From: an uncultured archaeon
Lineage (GTDB): Archaea > Iainarchaeota > Iainarchaeia > Iainarchaeales > JAAZKV01
Direction: 5' to 3'
NCBI GenBank assembly: GCA_964551375.1
Contig: CAZKBG010000001.1
Span: forward strand, 690,001 to 722,000
Length of the DNA stretch: 32,000 nucleotides
Part shown: positions 8,758 through 18,044 of the stretch, one piece after another
How positions within the stretch are numbered: position 1 is the stretch's first letter
Layout of the letters: each line of letters starts with the position of its first letter
Notes under the pieces: model-generated
The model's database searches: none
What the model was told of the DNA's origin: nothing
What the model saw: only the letters and a program-made list of their open reading frames with translations
Position numbers and translations under genes: made by a program

Positions 8758-9543
8758 TTACTTTTTTGCCTTTGCGCCTTTCTTAACTGAGTCAACCATT
8801 TTCTCAAGCTTGGATTTAATTTCAGCATCAAGCTTTGTTTTCTCAATCGCAGAGCCCACATGAATAATATCGGCTCCGCTTGAAATACAATCAAACGCGA
8901 ATTCAGGAGTTCTAACTCCCCCAGCTACTACAAGCGGAATATCAATAACTGACTTTGTCTGAAGAATCATTTCCTTTGGAACAGGCTCTGGAGCTCCTCC
9001 ACCTGATTCTAAAATAACCATCTTTGAACCCATATACTGCCCAGCAAGCGCTGTTGCCGCTGCCAAGTAGGATAAGTTTCTTGGAATTAACTGGGCCCTG
9101 CCCATAAATCCAACCGCTCTTCCAGGTTCCACAATTATATATGAAGTCGGAATAACTTCAATGCCCATTTTCTTTATTGGAAAAGCTGAAGCTGTCTGCG
9201 CGCCTGAAATGTAATACGGATCATTAGAGTTCAACATTGACATAAAATAAATCGCATCAGCAAGCTTTGATAAAGTTGCAATATTTCCCGGGAAAAGAAT
9301 TGTTGGGAGGGAAGATTTTTCCTTAATTGCAATAAGAGTATCATCAAGAATTTTTCCCTGCGCTCCCAAAGAACCGCCAATTGAAATAGCTGAAACGCCG
9401 GCTTTTTCGGCAATAGAAGCAATTTTGCCTGCCGCTTCAGGAGATTGATTCGGAGGATCAATAACCAAAAAAAGCATTCCTGCCTCTTCCTTTAACTGCT
9501 CAAGTAATTTTGAATAAACCTTGCCATCTTTCATATTGCTCAC
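8758..9543 (-). CDS. Geranylgeranylglyceryl phosphate synthase (GGGPS/PcrB family)
   Basis: TIM-barrel pattern with FLVIDPP..., ISIGGS, ILESGGGAPEPV and VVAGGVRTPE...GADIIHVGSAIEK. The ORF opens at a GTG at 9543; an ATG lies at 9534. Confidence 0.85.
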   Translation of the reverse strand: MSNMKDGKVYSKLLEQLKEEAGMLFLVIDPPNQSPEAAGKIASIAEKAGVSAISIGGSLGAQGKILDDTLIAIKEKSSLPTILFPGNIATLSKLADAIYFMSMLNSNDPYYISGAQTASAFPIKKMGIEVIPTSYIIVEPGRAVGFMGRAQLIPRNLSYLAAATALAGQYMGSKMVILESGGGAPEPVPKEMILQTKSVIDIPLVVAGGVRTPEFAFDCISSGADIIHVGSAIEKTKLDAEIKSKLEKMVDSVKKGAKAKK

Positions 9544-9607
9544 TAAAAAATTAGGAAAAAAGGAGTATAAAAAGCAATGCCCAAGTCAAAAACCAGCACT
9601 TAAAATC

Positions 9608-10183
9608 CTACTCCAGATACTGCCTTCGCGCATAAATAAGCTTCTCAAGCTCCGCTAATGACTTATAATAGTAGATATTTTCTATCTGCTCGTGGAAAAT
9701 CTTAGGCAATTTTGCCTCAATACACCTTTCATCAATAAACAAATGGATATTTTTTAACTTAGGATCCTTAAGAGAGCCGTACTTTTGATGATACTTCATA
9801 AAAGAAATCTCAATCATAACGCCGGGCGTAATTCCAAGACAAATAACGCAATTTGAAAGAGTAATAAACGAACCGTCAAGCGTGTACACATCCCCGCCAA
9901 TCGGCTTTAAGTCAAACTGGGATAAATTCTTGCCAAAATACTTAAGCCCGTAAAAAGCATCTTTATCCGGATAATACGCAAGGGGCTTCTTTTTGGAAAT
10001 TTTGCCAAATTCAACCCCTATATCAGAATAAACGCCGTCGCTTGGAGTAATTATCACATCAGTAAAATGCTTTGAAAGAAATTCAGCATACTCTTGAACA
10101 AATTTCTTGTAATCAGATTCCTTAATCTTTCCAAAACGCCACAAAACTGAAGAATCTGACACTCCAATAATAGTGCACTGCAT
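9608..10183 (-). CDS. Hypothetical protein, possible LOG/SLOG-like Rossmann fold
   Basis: The N-terminal beta strand (CTIIGVS) and LGITPGVMIEISF loosely resemble the GGxGTxxE motif of LOG/DprA-like folds. The similarity is weak. Confidence 0.35.
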   Translation of the reverse strand: MQCTIIGVSDSSVLWRFGKIKESDYKKFVQEYAEFLSKHFTDVIITPSDGVYSDIGVEFGKISKKKPLAYYPDKDAFYGLKYFGKNLSQFDLKPIGGDVYTLDGSFITLSNCVICLGITPGVMIEISFMKYHQKYGSLKDPKLKNIHLFIDERCIEAKLPKIFHEQIENIYYYKSLAELEKLIYARRQYLE

Positions 10184-10320
10184 ATAAAAAACCGTTTACA
10201 AAACTCATTAAAATAGATATGAAAAGGGGAAAAATAGGAAAACCCTGGCAAAGGACATTAGAAAGATTATAAAACACTTGCAAAGAGAAAATTACTTATA
10301 AAAACAAACAGCGTGAAAAA

Positions 10321-11577
10321 ATGGCAGAAAAAGAAATCGGGGCAATAATTGAAGAAATTGCCAAAAAAACTTCAAAAGAGCCAAGCGAAATCAAAGCACT
10401 AATTGACGCAAAAATACAAAAATTCTCAGGACTCTTAACCGAACAGGGCGCTGCATTCATGGTTCAAAAAGAACTTGGAATAAGACAGGAAGCGCTTGAA
10501 CAAATGACGGTATCACAGCTTTCTGACGGAATGAAAGGAATTGAAGTCAGGGGAAGCGTGGAGTCAATTTACCCCGCAAAAGAATTTGAAAAAAACGGAA
10601 AAAAAGGAAAACTAAAATCATTCATACTTACTGACGGAAACGGCGAAGTGCGCGTTACTTTGTGGAATGACCAAGTGGATAAATATGATTTAACCAAAGG
10701 AAGCGAAATCTGCCTAAGCAATGTAATTGTAAGCACTTATAATGAAAAAAAACAAGTAACACTCGGATTCAACGGAACAATACAAATACTCAACAAAAAA
10801 GAAGAGCAGTTTGAAAAATTAAGCGAACTAAAATCAGGAATAAACGGAATCAATATTGCGGGAAGAATTCTCCGAAAATTCCCTCAAAAAGACTTTGCAA
10901 GCGGAGAAAGAAAAGGAAAATTATGCTCATTTCAGTTCGGAGACGAAACTGCGCTCCTTAGGGCAACCGCATGGAATGACAAAGCTGATGAAATTGAAAA
11001 ATTCAACGAAGGGGATGTAATTGAAATTAAAAACGCTTACACTAAAGAAGGCAGATTTGGGGTGGAGCTTCATTTAGGATACACTGCGCAATTAAGCGAA
11101 AGCAAACGAGAAATGCCAACCTCTGCTGAGATACTAAAAGAAAGCATGACTGAGAAAAAAATCAACGCACTGGCTGACGGCGAAAACAGCGTAATAAGCG
11201 GAAAAATCACAGGCGTTGAAAAAGGAAACTTTGTATTTGAAGTATGCGCAAAATGCGGCAAAAAAATAATGAAAACAGAAATAGGAATACTCTGCGACGG
11301 CTGCGGAGAAACCACTGCGAAGAAAAACGCGGTTGTATCCATGACAATTGAAGATGACACTGCAAGCATTAGGACAAATTTCTTCGGCAAAAACGCACTA
11401 ACTGCAATCGGAATGGGGCAGGAAGAGCTTGAAACTAATTTAAACGCTAAATCGGCGGATGTATTCACCGCTGAAATGAACGGAAAACTAATCGGCAAAG
11501 AAATTAAAGTATTCGGATACCAAAAGGCGAACAATTTCTCAGGAAACACTGAATTTAGCGCAAGAGAAATATTATAA
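10321..11577 (+). CDS. rpa: Replication protein A (single-stranded DNA-binding, multiple OB folds plus a zinc finger)
   Basis: OB-fold signatures are repeated (GEVRVTLWNDQVDK..., ALLRATAWNDKADE...). A CxxC...CxxC zinc ribbon (CAKCGKK...CDGCGE) sits in the C-terminal OB fold, as in archaeal RPA. Confidence 0.85.
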   Translation: MAEKEIGAIIEEIAKKTSKEPSEIKALIDAKIQKFSGLLTEQGAAFMVQKELGIRQEALEQMTVSQLSDGMKGIEVRGSVESIYPAKEFEKNGKKGKLKSFILTDGNGEVRVTLWNDQVDKYDLTKGSEICLSNVIVSTYNEKKQVTLGFNGTIQILNKKEEQFEKLSELKSGINGINIAGRILRKFPQKDFASGERKGKLCSFQFGDETALLRATAWNDKADEIEKFNEGDVIEIKNAYTKEGRFGVELHLGYTAQLSESKREMPTSAEILKESMTEKKINALADGENSVISGKITGVEKGNFVFEVCAKCGKKIMKTEIGILCDGCGETTAKKNAVVSMTIEDDTASIRTNFFGKNALTAIGMGQEELETNLNAKSADVFTAEMNGKLIGKEIKVFGYQKANNFSGNTEFSAREIL

Positions 11578-11585
11578 AAAAGCAA

Positions 11586-12074
11586 TCATTTCTTTGAATC
11601 CAAGAATTCTAGCGCTTTTTTTGAAAAAGGAAGCCCTTTTCTTTTAAAAAATGATAAAATTTCTTTTGAAGCCGCCTCGTCGCCAACAGAAACTCTAATT
11701 GAATCATCAATATCAATTACACCTAAAACCAAGGGAAGTTTTTGATAATCAATCTGCTTAATTTTAGAAAAAGATAATGAAAAATTATTCAACCAAGACT
11801 TATATTCAACCCTATCTTCAAAAAGAACCAATTTTGCAAAAAATCGGTCTATCCTTTCATAACCAAACGGCGCCCTATCAATACCCAAATTAGGAATTAA
11901 CAACCCATTTTTACTTATCTGTTCCGGAACTTTGAAGTTTTTAAGACTGTTTTTATGCCCGCGAAAGTTTAGAAAATAAACTGCAATAAATATTATTATT
12001 ATGACAAGAGCGGCATAACCAATTACTTGATTCGCTGGCTCAACAGCCAATAAAACAATTCCAAACATCAGCAT
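11586..12074 (-). CDS. Hypothetical membrane-anchored protein
   Basis: Two N-terminal hydrophobic segments are followed by a ~110-aa soluble domain. I recognise no motif. Confidence 0.5.
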   Translation of the reverse strand: MLMFGIVLLAVEPANQVIGYAALVIIIIFIAVYFLNFRGHKNSLKNFKVPEQISKNGLLIPNLGIDRAPFGYERIDRFFAKLVLFEDRVEYKSWLNNFSLSFSKIKQIDYQKLPLVLGVIDIDDSIRVSVGDEAASKEILSFFKRKGLPFSKKALEFLDSKK

Positions 12075-12103
12075 AACAAAAGCAAATAAGTATAAAAATC
12101 AAC

Positions 12104-12718
12104 CTACTTTCTTTGAGCTTCGATTTTTTTAAACACTTCTTCAACATTTTTCAAAAACCCTTCCAAATCAGGGTTGCTGTCAATGCGATAATCAGCCATC
12201 TCAATACACTTTAGATTCTGCTGCTTAAATAAACCAGGATCGCTAAGCTCCATATCCTCTTTAGCTTTAAACTCTTCAAAACTCGCCACATCTCCATGCT
12301 CATTAGGGTTATTTTTCACGCGATTTACTGTATTTTGATAACGCTTCTTAATATCCGCAAAAGGCTCAAACACTACGCCGCCCATTGACTTTAATGCTGT
12401 AACTTCTGCAGGATTTCTAAGCGAAGTTATTACAAGACGAGGCTTTTTATCAAACAATTTCAACGGAAACTGAATCCAGTAATCATTTCCTTTTTCCTCT
12501 CTAAGCTTATTTCCAAGCGCCCTCATTTCTTCCCTATCTAAATGATTTCTCCCAAGCTTCTTTAATTCAGAACGAATCTCTTCCCCCAAATCAATATGAA
12601 AAAAACCATGCTTTGAAACCAAATAATTTGCAAGAGTATCCTTTCCAGAGCCGTTTAAGCCAACAACCCCGATAAGAATTTTTGAAGGGGCCAAACCTGC
12701 AGAATTAATTTCAACCAT
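12104..12718 (-). CDS. P-loop nucleotide/nucleoside kinase-like protein (CoaE/dNMP-kinase-like)
   Basis: It has a Walker A motif (GVVGLNGSGKDTLANYL). The size (~200 aa) and the LVITSLRNPAEV strand fit small NMP-kinase folds. Substrate is unknown. Confidence 0.6.
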   Translation of the reverse strand: MVEINSAGLAPSKILIGVVGLNGSGKDTLANYLVSKHGFFHIDLGEEIRSELKKLGRNHLDREEMRALGNKLREEKGNDYWIQFPLKLFDKKPRLVITSLRNPAEVTALKSMGGVVFEPFADIKKRYQNTVNRVKNNPNEHGDVASFEEFKAKEDMELSDPGLFKQQNLKCIEMADYRIDSNPDLEGFLKNVEEVFKKIEAQRK

Positions 12719-12801
12719 AGCAAGAAATGCTGATTCAAAAGGATTAAATCACTGCCTAAAGAGAGAAAAAATGCCCTTCTTTGCCATAAAACAAGAAAAA
12801 A

Positions 12802-13335
12802 TTAGAATTCAACTGATTCCCTTGCCAAAATTCCCTTATCAAACGGATGCTTTATTTTCTTTAAATTAGTAACATAATCGCCAAGCGCAAAAATATTTGG
12901 ATGCTCTTTATGAGAGCCTGTGATTACAAGCTCAAGCAAAGCGGGTTTTGATTTAATTACTGAAATAATATCATTTTCCTTTAACAACCCCAAATCAAGA
13001 CAATACAATAATTCATCAGCAACAATCAAATCAAAATCTTTTGAAACAACTGCTGATTTTAAAAAATTCAACGCTTCAATGGCCCCATTAATTGCTTCCT
13101 TTGTTAACGCGCTCTTAATTACCCAATCTTTTGAGCCGAACTGTTTGAAAGAAAAGTCCTTATTTTTCTGAAAAGAAATTATCTCCCCGTACTGGCCGAA
13201 CTGCTCCTGCGGGAATTTCATAAACTGAACTAAAAGAACTTTTTTATTATGCCCCAAAAATCTTGCAATGAGCCCTATGGCTGCAGTAGTCTTTCCTTTG
13301 CCATTGCCAAAATATATATGAACTAATCCAGCCAT
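12802..13335 (-). CDS. cobA: ATP:cob(I)alamin adenosyltransferase (CobA/CobO/BtuR type)
   Basis: The hallmark N-terminus is VHIYFGNGKGKTTAAIGLIARFLGHNKKVLLVQFMK, with DLIVADELLY and VITGSH further on. The ATG at 13335 is preferred; the 219-aa ORF extension would overlap the nrdJ 3' end. Confidence 0.85.
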   Translation of the reverse strand: MAGLVHIYFGNGKGKTTAAIGLIARFLGHNKKVLLVQFMKFPQEQFGQYGEIISFQKNKDFSFKQFGSKDWVIKSALTKEAINGAIEALNFLKSAVVSKDFDLIVADELLYCLDLGLLKENDIISVIKSKPALLELVITGSHKEHPNIFALGDYVTNLKKIKHPFDKGILARESVEF

Positions 13336-13433
13336 AACCAGCACTAACAAATATAAGAAAGCAAAAAAATAAAATAGGAACTCACAGCAAAAAGTGGTTG
13401 GATTAAGCTGGGTTAATTTCTGATGCGGCGATT

Positions 13434-16400
13434 TTAACTGCAGCCGCTTGTAGCGCCGCAATCTTCACAAACCGTGCAAGTACCATTTCTTCGAACTTTC
13501 ATGCTCCCGCACTCTCTGCAAGACTGGCCTGTATAACCCTTTGATTTAGCAATTGAAACATCTTCTGAAGAATTTCCTTGCGGCTTTTTTGGAACTTCAA
13601 AATTCTTTTCCACAAAAGCATTAGTATCAGTCAAGGGGGAGGCTGACAAAGTGGATTGGACTGCAACTTTGAGATTATCCTTCTTTGTTTCCTCAAGAGG
13701 TTTTATGTGAACAAAATCAGTTCTGCCCAAATATTCATATCCAAGCATTCTGAAAATGAAATCAAGAATTGAAGTGCATGATTTTATGCTATCGTGACCC
13801 ACAACCATTCCGCTCGGGTCAAATCTTGTGAAAGTGAATGAGTCTACAAACTCTTCAAGAGGAACTCCGTACTGAAGAGCTTTGCTTATCGCAACTGAGA
13901 AGCATGCTAAGAGGCTTCTATATGCCGCCCCTTCTTTATACATTGAAATAAATAACTCTCCAAGCGTGCCATCATCATATTCTCCGGTTTGGATGTAAAT
14001 CTTGTGCCCGTCAATGCTAATCTCCTGAGTGATTCCTCTTCTTCTCTTTGGCAAACGCTTTCTTTCAACAGTCTGAACAATCGCATTATGCAATTCTTTT
14101 GGACCAACTGTTTCATCAACATCATCATCAGCAGTAACTTTTAGCAGCTCTTCAGCAATATCCCCTGAAACTGCGTTAAGAGGCTGGGATAATTTGCTTC
14201 CGTCTCTGTAAAGCGCATTACTTTTCAGCATGCTTTTATGAGACAAAATATACGCTTTCTCAATATCAGCAATTGTCGCATGAGAAGGCATGTTAATTGT
14301 CTTTGAAATCGCTCCTGAAAGGAAAGGCTGAACTGAAGCCATCATTTTAATATGAGCATCCCAAGCAATGAACCTTGTGCCGTACTTGCCGCACTTATTT
14401 GCGCAATCAAATACTGATAAATCGCCTTTCTTTAAGTGAGGAGCGCCTTCAACAGTCATTGCGCCGCAAACATACTTATTAGTCTCTTCAATCTCTGATT
14501 TTGAAAACCCGAGAGATTTTAGCATATCAAAAGAATTGTCATTTAATTCATTTTCTGTAAATCCCAAACTTTTACAAAACTCTTCGCCGAGAACATATTT
14601 GTTGAAAATAAATTTTATATCAAATGCTGATTTCATTCCTGCTTCAAGCTTTGCAATCTCAAGGTCTGAAAACTTCTTTGATTTTAATTTATCAATAGTA
14701 ATTGCGGGACAATCCACTAAAGTTGCATGCCCTATTAAGTAATGCTCAATTTCCCTAATCTGGGATTCAGAATAACCAAGAGTTTTAAGCGCATAAGGCA
14801 CGCTGCTGTTCACAATTTTAAAATAACCGCCGCCAGCAAGTTTTTTGAATTTAACAAGCGCAAAATCAGGCTCAAGCCCTGTTGTGTCGCAGTCCATCAA
14901 TAATCCAATTGTTCCAGTCGGAGCAAGAAGAGACACCTGCGCATTTCTAAAACCAACTCTTTCACCCTTTGAGAGAGCATTAGTCCAAGCAAATTTTGAT
15001 TTTTCCACAATTTCCTTTGGACACAAATCTGTTTCAAATTTAACAGGCCTTATTGTAAGCCCCTCGTAACCTGCATCCCCTTCTGAAAATGCTGCGCGTT
15101 TATGATTTCTAATAACTTTTAACATATCTTTTTTATTAAGCTCATATTCTTCAAAAGCTCCAAAAAGCTCCGCCATTTCAGCGCTTGTTTCGTAAGAAAC
15201 TCCAGTCATTAGAGAAGTAATTCCTGCCGCAAGAGCCCTCCCTTCATTACTATCATACGCTAAACCAAGAAGCATTAACATGCTCCCAATATTCGCATAG
15301 CCCAAACCAAGCGAGCGGGTTTTATAGGTAACATCCGCAATTTCCTTACTTGGAAACTGCGCCATTGCAACTGAAATTTCTAAAACTATTGTCCAAATAC
15401 GAACTGCGTGAATAAATTCATCAACCAAAAATCTCCCTGATTTTACATCAAGGAATTTTACTAAATTAATTGAAGCTAAATTGCATGCAGAGTTGTCAAG
15501 GAAGAAAAACTCGCTGCAGGGATTACTTGAGCGAATCGGGCCTGACACAGGACAGGTGTGCCATTCATTAATTGTTGAATAAAACATTACTCCTGGATCC
15601 GCGCAGTTCCACGCAGCATAACAAATCTTGTCCCAAAGTTTTCTTGCAGGAAGAGTTTCACAAACAAAACCGTTTGTTCTCCACTTCAAATCCCAATTAG
15701 CATTTGAATCAAGCGCTTTGAAAAAAGAATTTGGAATTACAATCGAGTTATTTGAGTTCTGCCCCGCAACTGTAGCATATGCTTCGCTTTCAAAATGAGT
15801 ATTGTATTCAGTAATATCCATTGAGCATTTACCCTGCTGGGCTAATTGAAGGGCTCTAAAAACATAATTTAACGGAACTCCAAGCGCAATGGCTTTTTTT
15901 ACCGCAAGTTTTAATGGCCCGCTCTTTTCAGGATCATAACACTTTGCATCACATGCAATTTTCATTACTTTATTTATCTGATTAGCGCAAACCTTGCTTC
16001 CTGCAACTAAATCAGCAACCTTCTTTTCTTCTTCCATTTTCCAGTCAATAAATTCCTTTATTTCAGGATGATCAATGTCAAGCGCAACCATTTTAGCAGC
16101 TCTTCTTGTAGTTCCGCCGCTCTTTATGCTCCCCGCAACTGTGTCATAAATTTTTAAATAACTCATTAATCCTGAAGAAACTCCGCCGCCGCTTAACTTC
16201 TCCCCTTTGCCCCTAAGAGTGGAGAAATTTGTCCCTGTTCCTGAACCGTGCTTAAAAAGACGCCCCTCTCTTTTAATTAAATCAAAAATACCGCCTTCTT
16301 CCATTAGCGAATCTTTAACGTACTGAATGAAACAAGCATGCGGCTGAGGCCTTGCGTAAGCGTCGTTACTTAAAACAACTTCTCCTTTCTCAGCATCAAA

Positions 16401-16883
16401 ATAATAATGCCCATCGCTTGCGCCTGAAAAGCCATACATCCAGTGAAGCCCTGTGTTAAACCACTGAGGACTGTTTGGAGCAGCCATTTGAGCAAGAAGC
16501 ATATGCTTTAATTCTTCTTCAAAACTAAGCGCATCATCAGGAGAAGCAAACATATTCTCTTTATCGCCCCAATAACGCCAGCAGCCAGCAATTCTATTAA
16601 CAACCTGCTTAATTGAGCGCTCTCTTCCAGTCGCGGGAGCTCCTTTTTTTGGAACACCATTTGAATCGCACTCGGGAACCTTTGCGCGCTTGAAATACTT
16701 CTGCGCTAAAATATCAGTAGCGGTTTGGGACCAAAAAGTCGGCACTTCAACATCATTCTGCTCAAAAACAACAGAGCCGTCGGGGTTTCTTATGGAGCTT
16801 TTTCTTAATTCAAAAGTAAAAGAGTCAAAAACATTCTGCCCTTTTTTTGTAAAAACCCTATTTACCTTTAGCCCCTTAGCCAT
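13434..16883 (-). CDS. nrdJ: Adenosylcobalamin-dependent class II ribonucleotide reductase (long form)
   Basis: The N-terminus matches the class II RNR N-terminal domain pattern (VNRVFTKKG...FWSQTATDILAQKYF). The active-site region is SNPCSEFFFLDNSACNLASINL. The C-terminal zinc ribbon is CRECGSMKVRRNGTCTVCEDCGATSGCS. Confidence 0.93.
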   Translation of the reverse strand: MAKGLKVNRVFTKKGQNVFDSFTFELRKSSIRNPDGSVVFEQNDVEVPTFWSQTATDILAQKYFKRAKVPECDSNGVPKKGAPATGRERSIKQVVNRIAGCWRYWGDKENMFASPDDALSFEEELKHMLLAQMAAPNSPQWFNTGLHWMYGFSGASDGHYYFDAEKGEVVLSNDAYARPQPHACFIQYVKDSLMEEGGIFDLIKREGRLFKHGSGTGTNFSTLRGKGEKLSGGGVSSGLMSYLKIYDTVAGSIKSGGTTRRAAKMVALDIDHPEIKEFIDWKMEEEKKVADLVAGSKVCANQINKVMKIACDAKCYDPEKSGPLKLAVKKAIALGVPLNYVFRALQLAQQGKCSMDITEYNTHFESEAYATVAGQNSNNSIVIPNSFFKALDSNANWDLKWRTNGFVCETLPARKLWDKICYAAWNCADPGVMFYSTINEWHTCPVSGPIRSSNPCSEFFFLDNSACNLASINLVKFLDVKSGRFLVDEFIHAVRIWTIVLEISVAMAQFPSKEIADVTYKTRSLGLGYANIGSMLMLLGLAYDSNEGRALAAGITSLMTGVSYETSAEMAELFGAFEEYELNKKDMLKVIRNHKRAAFSEGDAGYEGLTIRPVKFETDLCPKEIVEKSKFAWTNALSKGERVGFRNAQVSLLAPTGTIGLLMDCDTTGLEPDFALVKFKKLAGGGYFKIVNSSVPYALKTLGYSESQIREIEHYLIGHATLVDCPAITIDKLKSKKFSDLEIAKLEAGMKSAFDIKFIFNKYVLGEEFCKSLGFTENELNDNSFDMLKSLGFSKSEIEETNKYVCGAMTVEGAPHLKKGDLSVFDCANKCGKYGTRFIAWDAHIKMMASVQPFLSGAISKTINMPSHATIADIEKAYILSHKSMLKSNALYRDGSKLSQPLNAVSGDIAEELLKVTADDDVDETVGPKELHNAIVQTVERKRLPKRRRGITQEISIDGHKIYIQTGEYDDGTLGELFISMYKEGAAYRSLLACFSVAISKALQYGVPLEEFVDSFTFTRFDPSGMVVGHDSIKSCTSILDFIFRMLGYEYLGRTDFVHIKPLEETKKDNLKVAVQSTLSASPLTDTNAFVEKNFEVPKKPQGNSSEDVSIAKSKGYTGQSCRECGSMKVRRNGTCTVCEDCGATSGCS

Positions 16884-16923
16884 TTACCCCACTACCCCCA
16901 AAATCCGCAAGAAATTTGATTAA

Positions 16924-17229
16924 TTATTCAACGATATCTAAAACGCGCCTCTTAAGCTCAAGCTTGTTAGCTGCTCCGCGCACAGTATCGACATGCTCAC
17001 CATTCTTAAAAATCAAAAAAGTAGGGAGACTTGTAATTCCATATCGGTGGGCAAGCTCTTCGGCCTGGGTAACATTAACTTTCAATACCCTTGCTTTGCC
17101 TGATAATTCGGTTGACAACGTGTCAAGATGAGGCATAAACGAAACACAATGAGGACACCATTCAGCCCAGAAATCAACCAATACTACTCCATTACTTACT
17201 TCACTATCAAAACTACTTGAAAAGGACAT
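16924..17229 (-). CDS. trxA: Thioredoxin with a CPHC active site
   Basis: VLVDFWAEWCPHCVSFMP ... ITSLPTFLIFKNG gives a thioredoxin fold of ~100 aa. It lies 40 nt upstream of nrdJ on the same strand. Confidence 0.9.
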   Translation of the reverse strand: MSFSSSFDSEVSNGVVLVDFWAEWCPHCVSFMPHLDTLSTELSGKARVLKVNVTQAEELAHRYGITSLPTFLIFKNGEHVDTVRGAANKLELKRRVLDIVE

Positions 17230-17624
17230 TTTATATCACCCGATTTTAAAAAATTTAAAAACTGAAACATAAAAGATTTTGGAGTTTAAAAAGCTATGTC
17301 CAATAAATGATAAAAATCGGAAAGCTAACAAAAATTAGAAAGTCAAACAAAAAAGATACTAAATCTCACTAATCTTGGACAAAATAGTTAAAAAAGCGAA
17401 TAATTTAAGCCAAAAAAGTTGTTTAATAGAACTGCTAAAGTTGTTCAAACATAAAAATAAAAAAAACAGAAAGAAAGAAATAAAAAAAATAAAAAAATCC
17501 AAAAAATTGTTTAAAAAATAAATTTACCTCGCAGAAAATACAAAAAAACAACAAAAAAATAATATTTCTCCAGAATTTGCAAATAAAATTAGCAAAAACG
17601 CCAAAAAAAGTGAAAAAATAAAAA

Positions 17625-18044
17625 TTAGTTAATGAAAGGCTCTATTTTCTCAAGACGCCACTCAAATTTAACAGGACTATCAACAATATAATCAGCAATT
17701 CCCTTTGAAGCATAGTTATTGTCAACATAAAGCGCCCAATAATGAGTAGAAGGAGCGTCAACGCCGTAAATGGAAGACACCATAACACCAAAATCATACT
17801 CTTTATATTTCATATTCTCGCCAACAAGCGACTTCATAACATCAAAAGCATTTGTGCCAACATTAAAATCCCGCGCTTCGGAAAAAATCAACGTATTAGT
17901 GTCATCAATAACTGAAATTGAAACATTAACAAGATTCTGCGAGTCCAAAACTGCAGGTTGAAAAGAAGTGCAGCCAAAAATAACTGCAAAGAGAGCAAGA
18001 ACTGCCAAAACTAAAACAAATTTTTTATTAAACACTAAAGCCAC
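17625..18044 (-). CDS. DUF4430-like secreted lipoprotein (transcobalamin-beta-domain-like, candidate corrinoid binder)
   Basis: The signal peptide has a lipobox-like VIFGC. The domain pattern VNVSISVID...GTNAFDVMKS...FGVMVSSIYGV...HYWALYVDNNYASKGIADYIV...FEWRL resembles DUF4430. The start is a GTG at 18044 or 18035; both overlap the upstream stop. Confidence 0.6.
   Translation of the reverse strand: MALVFNKKFVLVLAVLALFAVIFGCTSFQPAVLDSQNLVNVSISVIDDTNTLIFSEARDFNVGTNAFDVMKSLVGENMKYKEYDFGVMVSSIYGVDAPSTHYWALYVDNNYASKGIADYIVDSPVKFEWRLEKIEPFIN

Noticed and set aside
11070-11585. A 171-aa minus-strand ORF
   Set aside because: It lies entirely antisense to the well-supported RPA gene and has Ser/Phe/Leu-rich composition typical of antisense purine-rich coding.
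13336-13461. A 42-codon N-terminal extension of the cobA ORF that overlaps the nrdJ 3' end
   Set aside because: The CobA hallmark (GNGKGKTT) starts a few residues after the ATG at 13335. The extension is hydrophobic junk that overlaps the conserved NrdJ zinc ribbon on the same strand in another frame.
13434-16883. A possible intein in NrdJ, suspected because it is 1149 aa long
   Set aside because: I saw no intein block motifs (no Cys/Ser-start ... HN-Cys/Ser/Thr junction and no LAGLIDADG region). The extra length is explained by the class II N-terminal domain, the LG(Y/F)S-type helical repeats and the C-terminal zinc ribbon seen in long NrdJ forms.
17230-17624. A cobalamin riboswitch or a replication origin in the long spacer
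   Set aside because: There is no GC-rich B12-box-like core (the region is nearly devoid of G/C clusters). There are no ORB-like inverted repeats and no adjacent orc1/cdc6 gene. The only repeats are short AAGTTGTTYAA motifs.
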